This document shows positions 59,961 to 64,000 of a stretch of DNA of 64,000 bases, one piece after another. Within the stretch, counting starts at the first letter, position 1, and every line of letters begins with the position of its first letter. Position numbers and translations under genes: made by a program. The stretch is from assembly GCA_973895155.1 (NCBI GenBank), contig OZ316894.1, forward strand, positions 7,154,234 to 7,218,233, in the 5' to 3' direction. The DNA comes from Marsupella aquatica. Its lineage: Eukaryota; Plantae; Marchantiophyta. The notes below the pieces were generated by a model. It made no database searches and was not told the origin of the DNA. It worked only from the letters and a program-made list of their open reading frames with translations.

Positions 59961-62606
59961 TGCAAGTGCACCAAACACCATTCTCAGAGAAAAGATCAAA
60001 AGTGAACTTTGGATTAGGATTGTCTCAGTCCAAAAATACAAGACAGTGGCTTAAAGAAAATTAACCTACATACCATTTTTAGAACCCTCACAATGTGTAG
60101 ACGGATATGGAGACTTTAATTGGTGAGCGCATTCTGTGAGACCGAGAAGTATTTTAGATTGATATGAATAAATACAAAGTCAAAGGCTGAATTTCATTCC
60201 GAAATAAGAGATCCGTATTCATCAATAATCATGTCAGCACCAAGCTCCTGTTGGATTTCAAAATTGACATCTGAAGTACTTTGTTCTACCCAATAAGGTG
60301 AAGTCCAAACAGGAGTTATCAACCCCAATTCTCCACTCTTATACTCCTCCTTATTGAGAATTGAAGGAGCAGCATCCAATGATATTTCTTGGCCTCGATT
60401 TGGCCCACTTTTCCACACGTAACATCATGCGTCGCATTCCAATGACCTCCATCCAATTGATCCAACTCTATTTCCTTTCTTTTTTGAGAGTGGAAGGACA
60501 ATAGGACTCCCCGAGTGTGAATGAACGAACACCAATTTGTCATCAGAAGCTGAAAAGAGTGTGTCAGGACAAGTTGAAGCACCTGCCTGGTTGTCAACAG
60601 CCGTTGATGCATTTCCTCCTGGATTGATCGGAATGTCAGGCAATCCGCCAGTCTCCCCCTCGATCTCCCCCCGAGTCAATTCTTTAGTTTCAGCTTCATT
60701 TGAATCTCCAAGCCTCGTTGCGCCTTCATTGATCAGATTGGTTGAAGAAAGATGATCAAACGTATCAACCCTTGCTCCTTCCAGTTGCTCCATCTGTCCT
60801 CCCGGCGTTGTTGGATTGGGATCATCCTTGTCCAAGTTATCATCAACTTGAACTTCATTGGGCCCCGGAGGGATGTCATCTAAACCAGATGAACGGTTTG
60901 GTGCAAGTCCAATATCATCATCTACATCGTAAGGCTCACCTTGACCAACACGGTCATCCAAATTCTTGACATATGCCTCCTTTGATGCCTCTACGCCTTC
61001 AGCCACTTTGTCAGCAACATCTTCAGACTCAGAACCATCGGATTCAACAGCGACAGCTACAGCCGCAACAGTGGTAGCCCATTGTCAAGAATTTTCAGCA
61101 AGTGATTCACAATGAGCTTTAAGTGAGGGAACTCTCTCGCAAAGGTAGGAAGCAAAAGCTTCCACAAAATGCCTCTCGGAGTGAGAGTCACAATAAACAA
61201 AGCATTCCCTATCGCAAAAAAATGATGTCTTCATGACTTGGCCACCGGAGAAAAAATCTAGAACCAAATCTCCCGGTTCTGACAAGGATTCAATAATCCT
61301 TTGGATCATCCGCGTGGGTTTGGCATGAGGATTAACTCACCCTCCGCGACTGCCAGCTGTCTCAAATCGAGGGGCCATATTCATAATCTTGACGGCCTCT
61401 TCCGGGTCCAAAACCACTTTTAGGTCGTCATTTTGTGTCCCCTCATCTGATTCCTTAGCCTTCCCCTTTCCCTTGTCGATCTTGCATACTTCGTAATCAA
61501 CATCCTTTGCAGTATACAAGAATTTTGGCTTTGGATACTTGGGCTTGAAAACTTCATTCCAATTGATGTCTTCATCTCGAGAAATCCCCGCAAAGATAAC
61601 TTCTTCAATCCCCCCACCCCAACATGAGTCATGAGGGTGCGGTTGATCATCTCGAGAATAACTCCCATACTCAATGTGAATGGTCAAAGCTTTCTCTTGT
61701 CCCAGTTTACGAAGGGCACCATGGACATTCAATGCAAGTTGTCCAGGATGAACTGTTATCGTCACAACAATCGTGGGATTTTGTGGAAGCTCCACAATGT
61801 ATTCAAAGAGAACAAGAATCTCTGCTTCAGTCCATTGTTTTTGCGGAAGCCGGCTAAAATCAACAATGGCAAGAGGGCAGGTCGGAGGAGCTTCTTGCAA
61901 TGACTCTGGATCAATGGTCTTCATGAGATTGTCGCTAAAAAATGTAGCCCATGGTAGGGTCCGAGAATGTGATCCTCTGCCAAATTTCTGGCAGTATATA
62001 TCATCTAGGCGGAATGCCAATACCGTCGGCAAGATTGCGCTCTCCCGTGTATGATTTGGTTTTAAAAGGTTGGCAAGATAGACCTCGCCAGCGGCTCTTC
62101 AACACCTGCTGAACTCTGAATCAATTGCTAGCGTAGGAGGAACCTCCACTACTTTCCCCCAATTAGTATTTGTCGGGAAATTCACCGCATCCTTGGTGCA
62201 ATAGTAGTCTTCAATAAGGGACTTCAGTTTCCGCACGATCTTCACATCTTTGGCCAACTCCTCTATAGATGGCATGTCTGATTTATTAGAGGCATCTTTC
62301 TCACCATCAAAACAACCATCAACTCACCATCAAAACAACGAAACATGGCAACAGTAATTGCTTTTTCAGACTTCTCATTTCCTTCTACCCCAGCTCCATC
62401 GGGAAGTTTCCCATCCAACCACAATTGGCATACCAAACTCCATAACTCAAAAAGAGCATCGTCCGCAAACAGTAACCAGTAAACATTTTGACAATCTTTC
62501 CTTCCCATGGTCATTCTTGCAAGAGCCAACCAATCCTACAATTGCAAAGGAAAGTCTGTTAGTTCTCCATAACTCAATTGTTTGATAGCACTCAGGTGCG
62601 GATTGA

Positions 62607-62992
62607 GACCATCCCAGTCCAACACAGAACTAGACAGTATCAGTGGAAATATTCTATTGAATGTGCATGATTTAGTTTGGACTGGGACCATCCCAGTCCA
62701 GAACAAAACTAGACAGTATCAGTGGAAAAATAATCTATTGAATGTGTATGAATCCATTTGGACTGGGACCATCCAGTCCAACGCAAAACTAGGCGATATC
62801 AGTGGAAATATTCTACTGAATGTGCATGAATCCATTTGGATTGGGACCATCCCAGTCCAACACAAAACTAGACGATATCAATGGACAAAGATTCTACTGA
62901 ATGTGCATGAATCCATTTGGACTGGGACCATCCCAGTCCAACGCAAAACTAGGCCATATCAGTGGAAATATTCTACTGAATGTGCATGAATC
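62607..62992. repeat. ~80-bp tandem repeat x5 inside an intron
   Basis: GACCATCCCAGTCC anchors at 62607, 62686, 62767, 62845, 62926. Confidence 0.92.
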
Positions 62993-63759
62993 TACGGTAT
63001 TGTACCCATCAAGCAGTAACACTTCGTACCTGAAATTTTTGATTGTCTTGAGCGTTTGTTTTGTTGTCCCCATGTTTTGGCCGGCTAGGTCTTCCACAAT
63101 CCACAAATTGTCGCCTAGCATGAACGACTATATCTTTGAAGCATGACTGAAACACCATCGTGCTATTGATCGCATTAGATCACATTGAATGCTCAACTAA
63201 TATTGACGATGGTGTTTGATGAGATAATATTCTTGACTTTCAAAATTCCAGCTTTTTCGCCAATGCTGTCAGCTTGGCATCCTTGTTTGCCCATTCTCGA
63301 ATCCATCTGGCTACTCTAGCCAAATGTTGACCGCTAATGGCAAGGAATTGAACCTTGCCCTTTTTCACGGCTGCTACAAAGTCCCTCCTATCTGATTCTG
63401 TGTTGTCATACTGCATTAGGTTTCTATGTTTTGTAGTGTAAGGAATCAAGTCTGCTATGTGTGGTTCATGCCCCAGATTTCTTATCATGGAATTGGCCAC
63501 CTCCTTTACATGGTCTGCATTCAACATTCTTTAACAGAGTCTTGCCGACGCAGGGAAAATACTGTCTATAGGAATAAAAAATATTGAATTGATCCCAAAC
63601 GTATAATATTGCTCCATTTGTTGCAATACCTCATTACCTTCTAAGACCTTCTTCTCCTCAGGAGCGTCCAACTGCTCGTCCACATCTTGTGAATGCACTG
63701 TTAGGTTTTCTGTAGTGTCATCCATGATGGCACTGTCAATTTTCTGCTTCTTCTTCTAT

Positions 63760-63925
63760 CTTGGTCTCTTTTCACTTGCACTCGGCTTCTCAACCGAACG
63801 TTTCTTCTCAACTAGCTTCTCAACTTGGCTTCTCGTACTCGGCTTCTCAACTGGCTTCTCAACTAGCTTCTCAACTCGGCTTCTCGTACTCGGCTTCTCA
63901 ACCGGAAGTTTCTTCTCAACCGGAG
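63760..63925 (-). repeat. Coding tandem repeat (GTTGAGAAG; VEKP/VEKL/STRS units)
   Basis: Repeated CTTCTCAAC on the plus strand, in frame with the ParB-like ORF. Confidence 0.8.
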
Positions 63926-64000
63926 GTTTCCTTTGGCTTTGTTTTCATTTTCCCACTGCTCCTTGAGAGGTCGCTGCTGTAGTTCCCGCGGTCTCTGTTG

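Larger units (their letters stand above)
60194..64000 (-). pseudogene. Large decayed, intron-containing gene: VEKP-repeat N-terminus, ParB/Srx-like domain, beta-class N4/N6 DNA methyltransferase-like domain, acidic tail; starts beyond the window
   Basis: ORFs 61337-62032, 61085-61309, 60425-61006 and 60194-60418 share one frame separated by single stops; 'IPIDSIFP...LNADHVKEVANSM...FLAISGQH'; 'VNPHAKPTRMIQRIIESLSEPGDLVLDFFSGG'; intron ~63029-62540 joins KFQ/DWL. Confidence 0.8.

Noticed and set aside
60194-64000. Bacterial or phage contamination as the source of the ParB/MTase motifs
   Set aside because: Spliceosomal introns, an intronic minisatellite, C>T-type decay and contiguity with plant retroelements indicate a resident nuclear sequence

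Overview
Eukaryotic, TE-rich nuclear DNA, most likely from a non-seed land plant (bryophyte or liverwort-like; inferred from GT-AG introns, a secreted DUF3455 gene and non-chromovirus Ty3 elements). 1-15 kb: an LTR/PBS remnant, an ORF resembling the N-terminal solenoid of USP9/USP24 deubiquitinases, a multi-exon gene of unknown function and an intact two-exon DUF3455 gene. 15-30 kb: a satellite, MITE-like elements, a probable solo LTR and a fragment of a beta-class amino-DNA-methyltransferase-like gene. 30.6-58.6 kb: two related minus-strand Ty3/Gypsy retrotransposons, B (44809-58370, TSD GCAGG) nested in the 5' LTR of A. Their LTRs are about 4.6 kb and each LTR contains a complete ~1200-codon sense ORF (PMD-like motif plus long coiled coil). 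Gag-protease and pol are separated by a conserved -1 offset with a slippery heptamer and pseudoknot. 58.6-64 kb: a decayed, intron-containing gene combining a ParB/Srx-like domain, an N4/N6 DNA-methyltransferase-like domain and a downstream, probably fused FCP1-like HAD phosphatase. All domain calls come from motif recognition by eye; no database searches were run.
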